64,000 nucleotides of DNA from Antedon mediterranea (GCF_964355755.1 NC_092671.1:12028001-12092000), one strand, 5' to 3'. Numbered from the stretch's first letter, positions 33,688 to 49,114 are shown. Notes: generated by a model not told the origin, from the letters alone. Numbers and translations: made by a program.

Positions 33688-36600
33688 GACAATGACAATG
33701 ACAATGATTCTTTATTTCTTTTCAGGGTATGAAAGAACAATCTTTCAATCTTGAAAAAAAACAAACTAAACACTTCCAGACATAATTGTTTTGGTCTTAT
33801 ACAAAATTGATATATCGAAAAGCAACATCTAACTAAAACAAATACAACATTTCATGAATAAATTTAGCTAAGTTTGATAGTTTTTTTTTGGATCTGGTAT
33901 TAAGTAATTGGTGCATTTTGGTTCTATTTGGGCGGGTGATATAATACTTTTGAATGTATATTTGGCGCATGGGAGCAAGTAAGGGGCAAATAAATAAATA
34001 GTGGTATTTGTCTCCAGTATCGTTTTGGTTACATAAAGTACATTTGGTTTTGTGTTCATTACTGTATCTTTTAGAGATCGGAAGTCGACGATTCCCACAT
34101 CTGAACCTGCAGAGATCAATCCTTTCATTATCTTTTAGTAAAATTAATGACTTTTCAAATACTAAAACATCCCTAAAATATCTATAATTATCACACATTG
34201 AATTAAAAAAAACATTGTTACGCCATTCCTGTTTTGAGATGTCACTCAATCAGAGATTAATACTCTTTGCTAACCATTTTTTATTAAAATTATCGAAATC
34301 ATTCCACATTTGGGGCATACCACAATTGTTGAGTACATTTTGAATTTTGCTAGTCCATTGTGAGAGATAAACACCCTGATCATGTAATTTTTTAAGTAAC
34401 CTGAACATAATATTTGACAATTTGCTTTGTTTGCTACTTATGATGCGTACCCAAAACTGTAACATTCTTTTATCAATTACTAATTTAATATTTACTCTAC
34501 CGACTTCACCATAAACCATGCAATTTGCAGTGGATTTATTAAGTTTGAGAATATGCTTTAAAAATTTCCTGTAAAAGACCTCGATTGGCAAAACGAGCTG
34601 GTCAAACAGTTCACACACAATGTCTAACGGAAGATTTAATTGTTTGGCTTTTGTTAACATACTGTACATTGCTCTTTTGGCTTGTGTTACTTGCTTGTCA
34701 ATAGCTTTATTAAATCTGCCATTGAAATTAAAGGTTGTCCCTAAATGAATGTAATCATCTACAATCTCAATTTGTTCATCACCAAACATAAACATGGGTT
34801 TATTTCTAACTTTATCTCTAGAGAAAATAATATTTTTTGTTTTTGTTGTGTTAACTGTGAGGTTCCACATACCACAATAGTTATGAATAGCTTTTAATGC
34901 TTCTGAAGTTCTGTGGGACTTTCTGCCATAACAATTGTATCATCCGCATACAATAAAACATATAATTTGAGGAAAACTTCTACATCATCATCACTTAAAA
35001 CCTTGTTGAATTCTTTGGATAGGTAATCTAGACCTTTATAGTAACGACTAACAAAAAATTCAAAATCATTAAGGTAAATCGCAATAAAAAGTGCTGACAA
35101 GTTTTTCCCTTGTCGTACTCCAATATTACATGAGAAACAATCGGAAATTAAACCATTCAATTTGACACAAGACTTGGCCGTTGCATACATATTATAAATA
35201 ACAGTAATAACTTTACCATTTATGCCACATGAAATTAATTTGCTCCAGAAAGACGATCTGTCAACTAAGTCGTACGCTTTCTTATAGATAATGAATGCGC
35301 AAAACAACCTTTTGTGTTTGTTTAAATATAGTTAAATTATGGAGTGTAAAACTAGTATATTATCATTAGTTGAGTACTCATCCCTAAATCCTGCTTGTTC
35401 TTCGCCCATAATACCTTCGATGTAAGAAGAGAGTCGATTGTTAATAGTTGCCGTAAACAATTTCCCCATACAGCTAAGTAGGGTGATCCCTCGATAGTTA
35501 TCAGGATCATTGGGGGAACCCTTCTTTTTGTAGGTGGGCACAATAATTCCGATGCACCAGTCTTGTGGCACTACACCCGAATCAAGAATCAAGTTAAATA
35601 ATCAAGTAATTAATTCAATTAATTCCACAGGGCTGTTTTTTAGGTATTCGTTGATTATGTTATCAATACCAGCTCCTTTATTGTTACGCAGTTTGCTAAT
35701 TGATACTTTAATTTCTTCTGCAGTAAATGGCATATTAATGTATTCATTTATTGAATGGTCTATTTTCCTTGGGTCAAAATCAATACCCTCGTTATCTTTA
35801 CTTTCACTTAATTTTTTTAAGTGTTCTAAATATACCTACGGTAAACTTATATCGGCATTTTTTACATTTTTGTTCAGAATAGCCCAATAATTTTTAGGAT
35901 TGTGTGTTTTTAGATTTCTTAATTTCTTGTTCAATTCTTTATAATATTTTTTTTGTTCGCCCTTAATGAATTTTTTATATACTTTTGCTTTATTTTTTAA
36001 TAGTTCTGTTGCCTCTGTTGAATTAATTTTTTAAAGTTAATTTTTTCCTTTACATTCTTTATTAAACCATGGCTTGTTTGAAGTGGGCTTTCTTTTTTTT
36101 ACCAGGAGTATTAGGTATATTTAGTTTTTTAGCTGAAACCACATATATGTTATTTAAGTCCTTAACTAAAGAATCCATCTCGTCATTTGATATATTATTA
36201 GCGTTCATTTCATACATTTTTGTGTTCAGGTTAGTTATAGGAACTCTATCGCATGCATAATGAAATGGCATTGCCAGACTGTGATTCCAGGTGGTTTTAA
36301 CAGTTACATAATCATTATTTCTAACAATGGTATCCTTTGTCTTAACTGAAGGCGAGGAGGGGGAATGTGAGTGGGTTTGGTTGGGTTTAATTATTTTAAT
36401 AGTTAGTTTTAATGGTGAGAGTATATCCGATAAGGTCTTATCTAGAGTGTCAAGCTCAAATAATTCTATTTTAGGAAATAGTCTCGGGAAAGCAAGTACA
36501 TAATCTACAACACTACCACCACCTTTGTGGCATGTTACTTTACCAATTTCCTTATCAACACCACATCTGCCATTTACAATTAAAAGGTTTAAATTTCTAC

Positions 36601-36730
36601 ACATTTGAACCAGCTTTCGACCATTGTTATTAACTAGGTGATCATTATTAAATCTTTTAACTTCAATCCCAAGGTCTTCAAGTTTTGATTTGGTAGAGAA
36701 TATGTCCTCTTCTTCTGTGTCGATGCCAGA
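33688..36730 (-). mobile_element. Degenerate RTE-X-like LINE
   Basis: NYRGITLLSC, EQAGFR, KAYD, GVRQG, YADD, RFRCGN..CTLC..HYLFIC; tail AATAAA..(CATTGT)3. Confidence 0.8.
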
Positions 36731-37585
36731 TTTTATTTATTTATTTATTCATAAGAATCACCTTTATATCGGTGGCACACATTATCAGTTAATGGTGCAT
36801 CCATTCTACAGACAAAATACAAAGAAACATCAAGGTACAAAGTTCTAAATACTAACACATAACATCAGAACAAAATGTAAACTAATTAATTAATTAATTA
36901 GATCTGTATGAAAATACATAATACGTAAACTGTATGTACAATATATATAACTTACAAAAATAAAAAAAGAACAACAAAAATATATGATAATAAAGAAGTA
37001 AAAATAAATAAATAAAACTTACAGATACATCCTCATAGAGATATCTGTAGCTTGTTTACTATATTAATCAATTAGTTGAGAGAGGCAATGTTGGTAAAAT
37101 TGTAGATCTAGTAACCCATGCTTTTATTAAATATTTTTTACAATAAAAATCAAAGATTTCTCCTAATGTTTCATTTTGAGTAAATAAATTGTCTAGCAAA
37201 AAGTGGTGTTTTAATTCTTGAGATCCACAATTAAAATTATTCCAGTAAATACTTAAATTATTGTCTATGAGGTTGTCTTACATAATCCTGTGTTATGACT
37301 TGACCAGGATTGTCTACGACCCTCAAGATCTAGAGAGTTTGATCTTGCTTTAAATTTTAAATTAATACTCTTAAAATTAGTTTTATCTAATAAATATTGT
37401 TCAAGGTTTGGAGTTCCTTTATACATAGTATATTCTGTTAACGTTGTTTTGCATTGGGCCTTTGAAAACCACTCGTTATGATCAACCTGTTTATTATTTT
37501 TCCTAAATGGCTTTATCCAGTTAGTAGATGGTTCTTGATTAAATTTGTCTATAAAATTTGTTTTATTTAAAATATCTTTTACATT
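36731..37585 (-). mobile_element. 3' fragment of a second RTE-X-like LINE
   Basis: LEQYLLDKTNF..LKFKARSNSL resembles the 47253 ORF; (TAAA)n tail at 36731-36750. Confidence 0.6.
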
Positions 37586-40135
37586 GTCATTAATAGACGG
37601 CGACATTAATCAATTATAAACATTGTTTTTTTGGTATTTATTTAGTTTCTATTTTGTTTTATTTTGCTTTTGGTTGTTTTCAGTTTATTTTTTGTTAGCT
37701 TTCAGTTATTTCCAACTAAACGGAACAATTTTTTTTGATAGAAGAATAATTAACAAGTGGAACTCGCTGCCCGAATTGGTTGTCAATAGCAAGAGTGTAA
37801 ACTCATTCAAAAACAAACTTGACAAACACACACACACATATGAGAGAAGAGGCTCCTTACGAGTTTAAAAACTCATTGCCTTTTAACTTTACTAAAGGTA
37901 AGAATTACTAAAGGTAAGAATTTTCAGTGGTTTTCAGTAATTAGCCTACCCCATTCTACTTGGCCTGCTGAAGGAAACATTAACAAGATAGGCCTAGGCC
38001 TGGTTAGTTTACAAAATATTTCAGTTTAAATTACTTATTTCCCTAATAATATTTGGAGAAAATTATTATTACGGTAAATTTCAACAATATCATAGACTGT
38101 AAAAACATGTATCAAAATTAAAGAATGTACTATTATCAATGAATTTAAGAACAAAATCTACAGTATAGAATTCCAGGCCTAGGCGCGCCATACACCCATT
38201 AAGAAGACAATTACAGTAGCCTATATAGGACAAGTTTAAAATCTTTAGATATACACATAATAATCAAATTGTTGTTGTTTTTAGTATTTTTTTACATTAC
38301 TTTCAGTAATTTTAGGTTGTTGTTTTTTTCAGTAACTTAGCTTTTTCCATTCTACTTAGGCCTACTGAATGAAACATGTATAACTTTTTAGGCTAGCTAA
38401 AAAAAAACAATATTTAAGTTTAAATTACTTACTAGCTTCAAATTATTTGGGTAAAATTATTATCACGGTAAGTTTCAACAATATCGTAGACTGTAAAAAC
38501 ATGTATAAAAATTAAAGAATAAACTATTATCAATGAATTTAAGAACAAAATCTACAGTATCCAATTTCAGGCCTAGGCCATACACCCATAAAGAAGACAA
38601 TTACAGTAGCCTATATAGGCCAAGTTTAACAATGAAAAGTGTTTAGATATACATATAATAATACAAGTTCAGGACCTGTACAAAGATAAATTTGAAGAAA
38701 AAAAACCCGCTAAGTAATTTAACTTGCATAAATAAATATTTGTATTAAGAAAGTGCGAGTTTTTTCTGTAATAACAACATCTGATAAATCAACATACCTC
38801 ATTAATAGAGGGCGACATTGCTAAAATAAAAATTATAAACATTGTTTTTTTTTGGTATTTATTTAGTTTATATTTTGTTTTCGTTTGGTTTTCGGTTGTT
38901 TTCAGCTGCTTTTGGTTGTTTTCAGTTTATTTTCTGTTAGCTTTCAGTGGTTTTCAGTAATTAGCCTGCCCCATTCTACTTGGCCTGCTGAAGGAAACAT
39001 TAACAAGATAGGCCTAGGCCTAGTTAGTTTACAAAATATTTCAGTTTAAATTACTTATTTCCTTAATAATATTTGGATAAAATTATTATTACGGTAAATT
39101 TCAACAATATCATAGACTGTAAAAACATGTATCAAAATTAAAGAATGTACTATTATCAATGAATTTAAGAACAAAATCTACAGTATACAATTTCAGGCCT
39201 AGGACATACACCCATTAATTAAGAATACAATTATAGTAGCCTATATAGACCAAGTTTAACAATGAAAAATGTTTAGATATACATATAATAATAAAAGTTC
39301 AGGACCTGTACAATAATAATTTTGAAAAAAAAAAACCCGCTAATTAATTTAACTTGCATAAATAAATATTCGTATTAATAAAGTGCAAGTTTTTTTCTGT
39401 AATAACAACATCTGATAAATCAACATACCTCATTAATAGACGGCGACATTAATCAATTACAAACATTGTTTTTTTGGTATTTATTTAGTTTCTATTTTGT
39501 TTTCTTTTGCTTTTGGTTGTTTTCAGTTTATTTTCTGTTAGCTTTCAGTTATTTCCAACTAAACGGAAAAATGTTTTTTGATAGAAGAATAATTAACAAG
39601 TGGAACTCGCTGCCCGAATTGGTTGTCAATATCAAGAGTGTAAACTCATTCAAAAACAAACTTGACAAACACACACACACACACACACACACACATATGA
39701 GAGAAGAGGCTCCATACGAGTTTAAAAACTCATTGCCTCTTAACTTTACTAAAGGTAAGAATTACTAAAGGTAAGAATTTCCAGTGGTTTTCAGTAATTA
39801 GCCTACCCCATTCTACTTGGCCTGCTGAAGGAAACATTAACAAGATAGGCCTAGGCCTGGTTAGTTTACAAAATATTTCAGTTTAAATTACTTATTTCCC
39901 TAATAATATTTGGATAACATTATTATTACGGTAAATTTCAACAATATCATAGACTGTAAAAACATGTATCAAAATTAAAGAATGTACTATTATCAATGAA
40001 TTTAAGAACAAAATCTACAGTATACAATTTCAGGCCTAGGACATACACCCATTAATTAAGAATACAATAGTAGCCTATATAGACCAAGTTTAACAATGAA
40101 AAATTTTTAGATATACCTGTACAATAATAATAAAA
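37586..40135. repeat. Complex tandem repeat of ~0.6-kb units with duplicated CR1 3' fragments (~37713-37922 and ~39555-39780)
   Basis: CCATTCTACTT(A/G)GCCT..TTAAGAACAAAATCTACAGTA recurs four times, and also at 15218-15442; RIINKWNSLP..SVNSFKNKLDKH. Confidence 0.8.
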
Positions 40136-40139
40136 AAAA

Positions 40140-41475
40140 CTAGAATTTAATTCGTCACTTTGACGAATTATAGGTGATCATTTTTATCATTTTGATAAAA
40201 TTAACATTTTTTAAACATGCATGTACGTTAACATACGATCGTTAAAAGTTGATGTACGCCACGTCACGTGCATGACCTTGAAACGCGCAACTTTTTATTT
40301 GCTAATATTTTTACCCTTGACCTGAAGTTTACCTGTAGTGAATTTCATTAATATGTCATAATGAATTATGGAGATATGATTGATAATGTGATTTCACAAA
40401 ATGGCGTATAAATGACGTCACGGATGAGTGATCACGCTGGAAAGCTCATTAGGATTAAGTTATATTATTTGAAAGATATTCTGAAATGTTGGTAATCATT
40501 GACATTAAACTTTTTGAGATAATTGTTACACAAAATAGTGTACAGAAACAATAAAAATACTATACATGAAACTCGTCACTTTGACGAGTTAGTTATCCGC
40601 ACGACAAACGCCACGTGCACGTCATACGTTGGACACAAAAAGATTATGGCATATTGACATGAACTGAAGAGTATAATATGTTGTTAGTGCTAAATGCTGT
40701 ATATTTTGTGTCATATACTATTTACAGTATACATAGTATAATCTGTATACATATTAATACAGTGTAGGATAGGCGAAATTACGGGTCCCGTCATTTATTC
40801 CAATTTTTAACATGGTGACGGTATCAAAATGAAACACTAAAATAGCAATTTCGGAGGGAAATTATCTCAGCAACAACATATTAACGTGTAGAAGAAATTT
40901 GAATACGTAAAATAATAATGCGCGCTCTTTTAAATGTAATGAACTATGACGCAAAATATGAAAATACGACTTTTTTTATTTAACTGGCCATATGATAACG
41001 TCACAACATCCGATTGGAAAAATTTTTACATGATTTCGTATCTACAATCCAATAGCTTCCAGAAAACGTTTTAATCGTGATTATCACATTTTATTCTTAC
41101 GAGCTATAATAACAGATTAAAATTTACTGTAAAGATTAAATTAATGCCACATGTAATTTAAATTTTTAGGCATGATGACGTCATAACAATTAAAATATTT
41201 TTAACTCATGCGAAAGATAGTTGATTGACCTAGACAATATCAAAATCTGGGTGAAAATGGAAAATGTATAAGTGGAGATGCGCTCTATTAAATGTGAGGA
41301 GCTATGACGAAAGATACAAAAATCCTCAATTTTATATTCGCGTGGCCAAACGATGACGTTAAAATGTCCGGTTAGCCATATTAATACATGATCCGATATC
41401 TACAACTCATCAACTTCCAGAATATGTCATCCACAAAAAGTTGACCGTGTAGTTTAGAAATTACGACTGTTTAAA
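40140..41475. mobile_element. Family B Helitron/Helentron-type copies
   Basis: Hairpin TCGTCACTTTGACGA at ~40152 and ~40573; body matches 23620-25080. Confidence 0.55.
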
Positions 41476-44400
41476 ACAACATAGTGTTTGTTGTTCCACT
41501 CAAACAGGTCAGATGCTACGATCTGTTAAGGAAGGTCTGGAATAGGGTGCAATTTCAGTGGTTCCTTTTGTTGATGTGGTTTTAGTGCATTGCATATTTT
41601 ACAGTTCTCTACAAATTTGTGTATGTCACTCTGCATTGTGGGCCAGTAAACGATGGCCCTTGCACACCTCGTTGTCGCTTCTACCCCAATATGTCCACCA
41701 TGAAGGACTTTTAACATATTCCTGTTGCAGTGATTTGGGAATCATGGCTTTGTGAGACTTCATTATAATGTTATCTTGAACTGTTATTTCGTCTCTATAT
41801 GGAAAGAATTTCCAAATTTCGATCGGGTAGTTCAATTGCCTAGTCGGCCACCCTTTTATAATAACGTTTTTAAGAAGCTGCATTTCTTCGTCTTTGATTG
41901 TAGCTGCTTTTAATTCGTCTTTTCGTCACTCTGATATTTGTGATAGTGTCATTACTTCATATTCAAGATCGATGTGTTCTGTTGACTTGCAGGGTGCCCT
42001 TGACAGCGTGTCTGCCAGGTGTAATTCGGAACCTCTTTTGTAAACAAGTGTAAAATTGTAGCGAAGAAGTTGCATCATCATCTTTTGAAGTCTTGCCGGG
42101 GCCTTATGTAAAGGTTTTTTCATTATGGTTACAAGTGGCTGATGATCTGTTTCGATGGTAACATGCTTTCCATAGATGTATTGGTGAAATGTTGTCGTAG
42201 CAAACACAATACTTAATAGCTCTTTTTCGATTTGTGCATAGTTTTGTTCTGTGCTTGTCATTGTTTTTGAGGCAAAGGCAATTGGTTTTCGTTCTTGTAG
42301 GCAACCACAACCCAGTACATACTTTGAGGCATCACAAGTTAGTGTGATTTCTTTATTCACATCGTTAAATGCAAGGACTGGTGGTGAGATTAGCTTTTGC
42401 TTTAATCTTTCAAATGAGCTTTGATAATGTGGTTCCCATTTCCATATTACGTCCTGACGAAGCAGCTCTCGTAGTGGGGCTGTCATTTCACTGAAGTTGG
42501 TGTCTACGAACTTGGACAGATAGTTTAGCATTCCCAGAAACCTGCTCAGCTCGGTTTGGTTTTCAGGTGGTGGTATTTCAACAATTGCTGGTACTTTTGT
42601 CGGGTCTGGTTTGATTCCATCTGTAGTTATTAGGTGTCCAACGTAAGATACTTGGCTTGTTCTGAATCTGCATTTGGCCTTGTTCAGTTTTAGGTTTACT
42701 TCTTTGATTCTAGTTAAAACTTTGTCTAACTTCTCATTGTGATCCGCCATGTCAATTCCTCCTATTAGAAGGTCATCCACTATTATTTCGCATGGGTATC
42801 CTTCAAAGAGTGTCTCCATTGCCCTTTGGTATACTTCGCTTCCACTGTTTACTCCGTATGGTAGCCGTAAGTATTTGAATCTTCCTAGTGGAGTGTTAAA
42901 ACAGGTCAGGTTTGTTGATTCATCATCGAGTGGAAGCTGCCAAAAGGATTTTTTAGCATCGAGCACAGTAAAACCTTACAGTTTGCAAGATTCATTGTCG
43001 CTTGTTCTATTGTACGCATGGGGTGGTGTGGCCTTTTTAAGGCTTTGTTTAGATCACGGGGATCGATACATAATCTTATGTCATCAGTGTTTTTCTTTTT
43101 GGTTACAACCATTGAAGAAACCCAATCGGTGGATTCTTCTACTGGTGTTATGACACCAAGATCTGTCATTCTCTTAAGCTCGGTTTTTACTTTTTCTTCC
43201 ATGGGTTTGGGCACACGCCTTGGTGGTCGAATGATTGGTGGTATATCTGGATCAATTTTCATTTTATATTTTAAAGGCAGATTGCCTAATTTGCCATCAA
43301 ACACTTCTGAAAATTTTGTAATCTCGGGAGCTTCAGCATCGGCTAGCTCGTGTACAATATCATCATTGATAGTTATGAGGTTCAGTTTCAGAGAGTCGTC
43401 AAGTCCTAGAATAGGTGAGCAGTTTTCTTTCACTATGTAGAAGCTTGTGTTGTATGTTTTACCAGCGACAGTTATTGTTAGGTTTATTTGTCCCATTGTA
43501 TGAATAATTGTACCACCGAAAGCTCTTAGGCTGGCACGCTTTGTGCTGTCAATTGCAGCTTCTTGTCCAATACCTTGTATCATGTGATATGGTAAGACAT
43601 TACACTTGGCACCTGTGTCTAACTTTAGAGTTAGAGGTTTGCTGCGTGTGGTGACGTTACCCTTGATATCATTTGCTTTATTGAGTAGGTCGATTTCAAT
43701 TCCATTTCATAATCACATTCGTCACTTTCAGGCAATTGGCTAATTTCTTGGACATTTTTGTAACGCGAGTAGCTTGGACGCCTTTGCTCCTGTCGGACAC
43801 AGTCGTCTGCATAGTGCCGATTTGCTGTTCTGCTTTGACATAATATAGCAAAATGACCTGTCCTGTCACATTTTCTGCACCTGGCACCAAATGCCGGGCA
43901 GTTTCTACGAGAGTGTGATTTTCCACAGCGAGTACAGTCTTTAATCCATGAGTTGGGACTAGGCCTAGTGGTACTACTAATATTGTTGTTATTACCTGTT
44001 GGTGTACCGGAGATGGTCAACTTTTCTACTGAATTGGTCATAGCACCAGTAAACATTTCACTTGATTTGGCAGTGGCCTCGTGTATCTGGCAGATTTGTA
44101 TAGCTTTTTCTAGTTTTAGGACTTTTTCTCGGAGGAGGGCCTTTCTGACCCTATCGTTGTCTATCCCTACGACTATTCTATCTCTGATTAACTTATCTCG
44201 TAACTCACCAAATTCGCACGTTCCTGCTAATTTCTTGAGTGTGGTGACGTATGTTTGTATAGATTCTCCACTACTCTTATTTGTTGTGTTAAACTTGTGC
44301 CTTTCAATGACAATGTTTCTCGGTGGTGTGCAATGTGCTTTGAATTTTTTTTTTACAATGTCAAGGTTTACCTTTGCTTCTTCGTTCTCAAAATCAAATG

Positions 44401-44776
44401 ACCTGTAGCGTTCGATTGCCTCCTCGCCTGCTATATTTAGAAATATGAAGCACTTCTCCTTGTCATTTTTTTGTACCGTGGGCGGCTGCTAGATACACGT
44501 CAAAATCTAGTTCGAATTTTCGCCAATTTTTGGCAACGTTTCCTTCAAAACTTAGTTGGTTAGGTCTCCTAAAGGTCTCGCCCATTCTGACACCATGTAA
44601 ACTATTGTAGAAATAAGACGAGTAGACCAAATGATGCTTTAATACTAATCAGTTTATTATTTTAACTCTTACGATCATGTGCGTGTCGAGGTAACGTATG
44701 ACGGCATGTCGTGACCCGTATGATAAACAACTTTAATAAACAATGAAAATGACTTTAAGAACATCGATGTTCTACA
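41475..44776 (-). mobile_element. Ty3/Gypsy (Mag-like) LTR retrotransposon, 3'-truncated, frameshifted
   Basis: 5' LTR 44596-44776 (TGT..ACA); PBS TGGTGTCAGAA; gag with double CCHC; DTGA protease; RT VDD; RNase H CDAS/TDH; integrase HHCC start. Confidence 0.9.
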
Positions 44777-45153
44777 ACAACGACAACTTACCGACCGAAT
44801 ACAAAATATCAAAACCCGTTTGTCTTTATTTCTCTATTATTGCAGACTATTCGTGTGTTACAATTGTAATTACAATGCATCATTGTAAAACGTCGCATTG
44901 TTCGAGATATACCACTACATTAACGTTTCAATATGTCCCATTGAAAAATAAGTTATTTCTCCATTCCAACATGATTTTGATCAGAAGAAAAGTTAGAGTA
45001 GGTCTAAATGATTATTAAGTTCAGTTTTTCGACCGTAAAAAATTACATCCAGCAACCATTTTACTAAATATGCGCAACAACTATTATCTGCAGGCTTGTT
45101 TGGTACTGACTGTATGGCCTAAATTGATCATTATTATAACAATTAATTATGAA

Positions 45154-45672
45154 CTAACTGTCAGTTATTTTTTCTTCTTCCGCCCTACGTATTGGCTCAG
45201 GTTCTTGTTCTACGATTAACTAAAACATGAAATCAAAATCAATGAATTATCGTAAGTGTGGGACAACTTTGTCCTCTATTATTAGTGACAACAATAACTT
45301 ATCGACCGGAATACGAATACATTTAGCCTTTTTACCATAGGGATAACATTTTTCATTTTCTTGACATGAATTTGAATCAGCACATGGATTAAAAAAGATA
45401 AAATCAGCAATAATAAAGCATAATTTTGAAATATCAAAGCCCGTGTGTATTTCTCTGTTACTCATGCAGACTAATCGTGGGTTACGACAACATTATAGAT
45501 ATACGACTACATTAACGTTTCGTTATGTTACGGTACTCCTTGGATGGTCACTCCAACAGAGTTTTGAAAGAAAAGTTAGAGTAACATAGGTATCGGCCTT
45601 TCACTAACCTGCGCTAGACAACTCGACGGTTACACTAAAATACATGAATAGAATAATTGACAATCGAATCAT
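45154..45672 (-). pseudogene. Secreted 4-Cys peptide paralog, splice sites of the Cys exon lost
   Basis: MIRLSIILFMYFSVTVELSSA|gttagt; NPCADSNSCQENEKCYPYGKKAKC with donor mutated to ATAAGT; EQEPEPIRRAEEEKITDS*. Confidence 0.65.
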
Positions 45673-46079
45673 CTTGCAGAAAGAAATCTAACACTAATAA
45701 TGAGACAAAACAAAATGTAACTGTTCAAAATAATGCTCACAAAAGTAATACCAAAATGGTGTTCTTTTGAAAACAATATATTTATAATTGTTTAAAAATA
45801 ACTAAATATAATGAAGATCTCAACCGATTCTCTGTGCTGTGTCTAGATTTGCCTATTATAGGAACATTTTGTAATATCATACTGCGTTTCACATGTTTCT
45901 CCCTCCTAGTAACCTTACAAGATACAGGCACAACATGCAAAACAAATGAGATGAAGTATTATCAAATATTCCCAATAGGGCAAATATTGATAGATTTTAG
46001 GAATTATTGATTACCTGAGAGAAGCTGTACCGTTACGTACGTAATCTCAAAACATATGTTTTATTGTCCCATTTATCAA

Positions 46080-47939
46080 ATTAGAAACAATCCCAAGTGA
46101 GTGGAATATGAGTATCGTTGTACCAATATTTAAAAAAGGAGATCGTAAAGACCTAAATAATTATAGAGGCATCTCATTAACATCTTGTGTTTCCAAAATA
46201 TTTAACAGAATAATCTCAATGTATATATCTTGTTTTGTTGAAAAAGAAAATGTACTTTCGGAAGTCCAGGGAGGCTTTAGAGCCTATCACCGTTGTGAAG
46301 ATCACATCTTTACATTGAAAAGCATTTTATCTTGTCGTTCAATTGAAGGTAAAACTACACATCTAGCTTTCCTGGACTTCCGAAAAGCATTTGATAGTGT
46401 ATGGCGTGATGGTCTCCTAAAATGTGCCTGGGATACGGGAGTTAGAGGGAAAATTTGGAAAATAATAAGCTCTGCACTATATGACAATGTTAAAGCAAAA
46501 GCAAAAGTGGGGGAAAGCATGACTAATGAGTTTAATATCCACAAAGGAGTAAAACAAGGGTGTGTACTCTCACCAATTTTATTTTCTATATTTATTAATG
46601 AATTTGTTAAACTTCTTCGTGAAAGCAATTTCGGGGTAAGAATGAAAGGTGTCTGGATGGGAGGGCTCTTCTGGGCTGATGATGTTATATTGATTGCTAA
46701 TAATGAAAGGGAAATGACTGAAATGTTAGAAATTGCCAATATATTCGCCAAAGAATGGAAACTTGGTTTTAATCATGAAAAAAAATCAAATGTCATGGTT
46801 GTTGGAAAACGCATAAACAAAGATAAAGAGTGGAAATTAGGTGAAAAATCGATAAAAGAAGTAAATAGTTATAAATATTTAGGGGTCAATATTTCCTCAA
46901 ACATGAGTGAACATTCACATTATGAACATGTTATCCAAAAGGGCAACCGGCTTATAGCTTATATCAAAGGTATCATAGCTAACCTTGATGACTTTAACCG
47001 GGTGTACTTTGGAAAGATACTGTGGAAAACCATTGCAATTCCTTCAATAAATTATGCTTGTAGCATTTGGTATAATAAATCCAAGAAGGATAACGAAGAC
47101 CTAGAGAAAGTGCAATTGCAAATGGCCCGCTTTCTTCTCAAAGCTCCACGGTATACTCCAAAAGAGGCACTTTATGGTGACCTCCTTGGGTGGGTTCCAT
47201 TATCCAAGTTACACAAACTGTCCAGAGTTAAATTATTTAATCTTTTATATCTATGGATGACCACAGGTGGCCTAATATTGTACTTAATTCTATGCTACAA
47301 TTGAAATGTGACTTTGATCGTTTAAAATATAAATTTCTTAGTAGTTGTGTTGACATATTTGAAAAATGCACAGATATAGGCTTTTACAACAATGTTTTTG
47401 ATAATGATAGTTTAACTCTTGTTCCTTTCTCAGTCAGCAATGTCAAGCGATGTTTGTCAGAATCAAATAAATCAGAGTGGTCAAATAATATAATGCAAAA
47501 AACCTCAATAAATTTATACTCAAAATTGAAACCTTTCCCTAATTTAGAAAAATATTTACTTGATAAAACACATTTTTATGAGACAAGTCTGAAATTTAAA
47601 TTAAGATCTAACACTCTACCTTTAGATTGTAAAACTTATAAATGGTCCAATGATGTGTCCGGTCTTTGTACTTTATGTGGGAATGGTGAAATTGAAGACA
47701 TTAAACATTTTTTATTAAACTGTAAAGCATTTGATAATATTAGGATGAAAGAATTATCCAATCTACAAAATAATCTTGTACTCTGTAATGATTATGACAC
47801 ATGGAATCGTTACACAACAGCAAGTGCTGATGATAAATTACAGTATATTTTAGATGGAGATTCTACCGCGATTTGTAAAGAATCTGAGACCTTTTTTGAT
47901 TTGTTTTGTAAACACTTGTGTTTGCAACCCCTTGGATAA
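46080..47939 (+). mobile_element. 5'-truncated RTE-X-like LINE (RT + C-terminal CCHC), frameshifted
   Basis: NYRGISL, FLDFRKAFD, GVKQG, WADD, CTLC..HFLLNC. Confidence 0.85.
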
Positions 47940-49114
47940 AATAATATATTTATATAATGGAGAAAGTTAGATATTATAATATTTCTTTTTGATCATACAA
48001 TGATAATTTTTAAATTACTTCTTAAGAAGTCATACTACTGATTCAAAATAGTGACTTACACCCTGTGGTCAAGGCTTTCTTTGCTCTTATGCTTATTTCC
48101 TCCAACATACAGAGTACATAGGACTTTTTTTATTCATAATTGTTGAATTGTTTCCCAATACATAGTACCTATTGGTATTATATCTAAAAATACAAAGGCG
48201 GCTAACACAGATAGTTCCATATATACAGTACTCTTTTATAAATAAATGTATCTCTCCAAACTACTCCCAACTACCTAATCTAATAATAGTACTATTAGCA
48301 TACTACTATACACTTTGTAGACAAGAAATAAGTTGTATACACTAGAGGACTTATGGTAGTACAGACGATCGCTCTCTCACTGGCCCGGTCAACATAATCT
48401 ATACCTAGATTATTACAGTAATTAAAGTACATTATTACAGGGTTTTTTTTTTTTTTGCAGAAATCAAAGTTATGTGTATAGAAAGCAGTACTCGTATTAA
48501 AAACTAAGCAGGTTGCAGGTCTTGAACGCAAACTGGCAGGATATTTTTAATATTTTTTGTTGTTGAAATGATGGAATCCTAACTTCAATTTCCACGAACC
48601 CTTTTATTTAAATTTATTTGAATAGACCTCCATGTAAACTCATTAAAGGCTACATGATTGTTTTATATTTTAATATGTGATAGTAGAAAATCATTGTGTA
48701 TAATGAGGACTATGAATCTGATATTTACTTGCATTCTCATCTTTTTAAATTATTATTTATAATGCCGGTAATGAGTTTAAAATTTAATTATATTGACTAT
48801 TTTTGATAATCATCATGTCCTTATGAATTCATTTATATTTCTTTTGTGTAATATAGTTCATATATTATGTATTAAGTAAATTGGTAAGGCCCTATACTGT
48901 TACTATTTAAGGAAAGTTTATATACACTATTATTTTATGCCTACCAATATTAGTATTAATTGTTTATGTAAATATTTTGTCTAATTGCCTTGATTTTTTG
49001 TATAGGCCAATGGAATCAATGTTTTTCTCAAAGCAAATTAGCCTAATAATGCCACATTTAGACACATGATTCATTGATTTCTGATATTCTGTACTTGTGT
49101 ATGCATTACTAAAA

